From assembly GCA_030390025.1 (NCBI GenBank), contig CM059432.1, positions 34,722,001 through 34,786,000 of the forward strand: DNA of 64,000 nucleotides. The letters run 5' to 3'. Of this stretch, positions 62,150 through 64,000 are shown in pieces; the stretch's first letter is position 1; each line of letters opens with the position of its first letter. The notes under the pieces are model-generated. The model saw nothing but the letters and a program-made list of their open reading frames with translations. It was not told where the DNA came from and ran no database searches. The DNA comes from Squalus acanthias. Taxonomy: Eukaryota. The position numbers were made by a program, and so were the translations under genes.

Positions 62150-64000
62150 GACAGAAATTCTTAGAATCCATAATTTGAGATAAAGTTAGTGAGCATTTTA
62201 TGAAATTCATGGTTACTCGAGGACAGTTATCAAGTACTTGCTAAAGGCAAGTCATACGTGACAAAGTTAACGAGCTTTTTGAAGAAGGGATGAAGGGAAT
62301 GCAGTTGATGGTGTGTGAATTTTTAGAAGATGTTTGATTAGGTGTCTCATAAAAGGCTTGTTCGAATAATTCAGGTATATGGTAGAAGAGGAAATGTAGC
62401 AGCATGGATAGAAAGTTGGATCATGGACAGGAAACAGAGTTAGAGTAAATGGGTAGTGTTCAGATTGGGGAAGGGTTGGAAGTGGTGTACCCCAATGGTC
62501 AGTGCTGGGTAGACTATCATTTTTGGTATGTATAGATGATTTGGACTTGGGCAAAGGGAACATAATATTAAAATTTGCCAATGACATAAAAGTAAAAGGT
62601 TTTGCAAAGAGTGAGGAGGACTGTCAGAGACTTCAGGAAGACACATGGGTTCGTGGAATAGGCAAGCAGGTGGCAGATGCAATTTAATGTGGATAAGTAC
62701 GAGGTAGTAGATTTTGGGAGGAAAAGCAGGAAATGAGTGCATACCCTCAATGGAAAGACACTGAAGGGTGTGGATGAACAGAGGGACCCAGGGTTCAAAT
62801 ATATAATTCTCTAAAAGTGTGAATACAGGTAGATGCAGCAAGCAATTAGGAATCCAAATAGTAAGTTAGCCTTTATTACAAAAGGATTGGAGTATAAGAG
62901 CAAAGAAGTCTTACTGCAATTATATTGAATCAAAGAATCATAGAAATTTACGGCTCAGAAGGAGACCATTCGGCCCATCGTGTCTGTGCCGGCTGAAAAA
63001 GAGCTATCCAGCCTAATCCCACTTTCCAACTCTTGGTCCATAGCCTTGTAGGTTACAGCACTTAAAGTGCCTATCCAAGTACTTTTTAAATGTGACGAGG
63101 GTTTCTACCTCTACCACGCTTTCAAGCAGTGTGTTCCAGACCCCCACCACCCTTTGGGTAAAAAAGGTTCTCCTCAACTCCCCTCTAAATCTTCTACCAA
63201 TTACTTTAAATCTATGCCCCTGGTTATTGACCTCTGCTAAGGGAAATAGATCCTTCTTCTCCACTCTATCTAGGCCCATCATAATTTAATACACCTCAAT
63301 TAAGTCTCCCCTCAGCCTCCTCTGCTCCAAAGAAAATAATCCCAGCCTATCCAATCTTTCTTCATAGCTAAAATTCTCCAGTCCTGGCAACATCCTCGTA
63401 AATCTCCTCTGTACCCTCTCTAGTGCAATCACATCTTTCCTGTAATGTGGTGACCAGAACTGTACACAGTACTCTAGCTATGGCTTAACTAGTGTTTTGT
63501 ACAGTTCTAGCATAACCTCCCTGCACTTATATTCTATGCCTCAGATAATAAAGGAAAGTATCCCGTATGCCTTCTTAACTACCTCATCTACTTGTCCTGC
63601 TACCTTCAGGGATCTGTGAACACGCACTCCAAGGTCCCTCTGTTCCTCTACACTTCTCAATATCCTACCATTTATTGTGTATTCCCTTGCCTTGTCAATC
63701 CTCCCCAAATACATTACCTCATACTTCTCCGGATTGAATTCTATTTGCCACTTTTCTGCCCACCTGACCAGTCCATTGATATCTTTCTGCAGTCTACAGC
63801 TTTCTTCCTCACTATCAACCACACAGCCAATTTTTGTATCATCTGCAAACTTCTTAATCATGCCTCCTAAATTGAAGTCTAAATCATTGATATATACCAC
63901 AAAAAGCAAGGGACCTAGTACTGAGCCCTACAGAACCCTACTGGAAACAGCCTTCCAGTCACAAAAACACCTGTCGACCATTACTCTTTGCTTCCTGCCA
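62150..64000. mobile_element. Two CR1 fragments (62150-62925 +, old; 62930-64000 -)
   Basis: KFADDTKIG, DLGVRVHRSLK, FFTQRVVGVWN. Confidence 0.88.

Overview
Repeat-dense vertebrate genomic DNA. The repeat complement (HE1/V-SINE, SacSINE1-type DeuSINE, abundant CR1, Penelope, RTE, Tx1, L2, Harbinger) points to a cartilaginous fish (shark/ray); this is inferred, not searched. Three spliced host genes lie head-to-tail on the minus strand. (1) A secreted phospholipase A2 (exons 62114-61922, 52861-52746, 49456-49323; first exon not found in the window) with a group-I 14-Cys pattern, a furin-type RHRR propeptide and an Arg in place of Gly32 in the Ca2+ loop. (2) A 4-exon, 609-aa RBM43/PARP14-RRM-like gene (47042 to 31184) with a triple-GAAA ISRE about 65 bp upstream of its proposed ATG and a 3.6-kb polypurine tract in intron 1. 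(3) The first two candidate exons (12712-12658, 4215-4004) of an unidentified gene behind an NRF1-motif CpG promoter. Also present: two decayed two-gene PIF/Harbinger transposons and their MITEs, Penelope fragments carrying minimal hammerhead ribozymes, an RTE copy with a 5' inversion, and an unexplained CRE/E-box/YY1 CpG island inside intron 3 of the RBM43-like gene. Gene models were spliced by hand; repeat boundaries are approximate unless a TSD is quoted.
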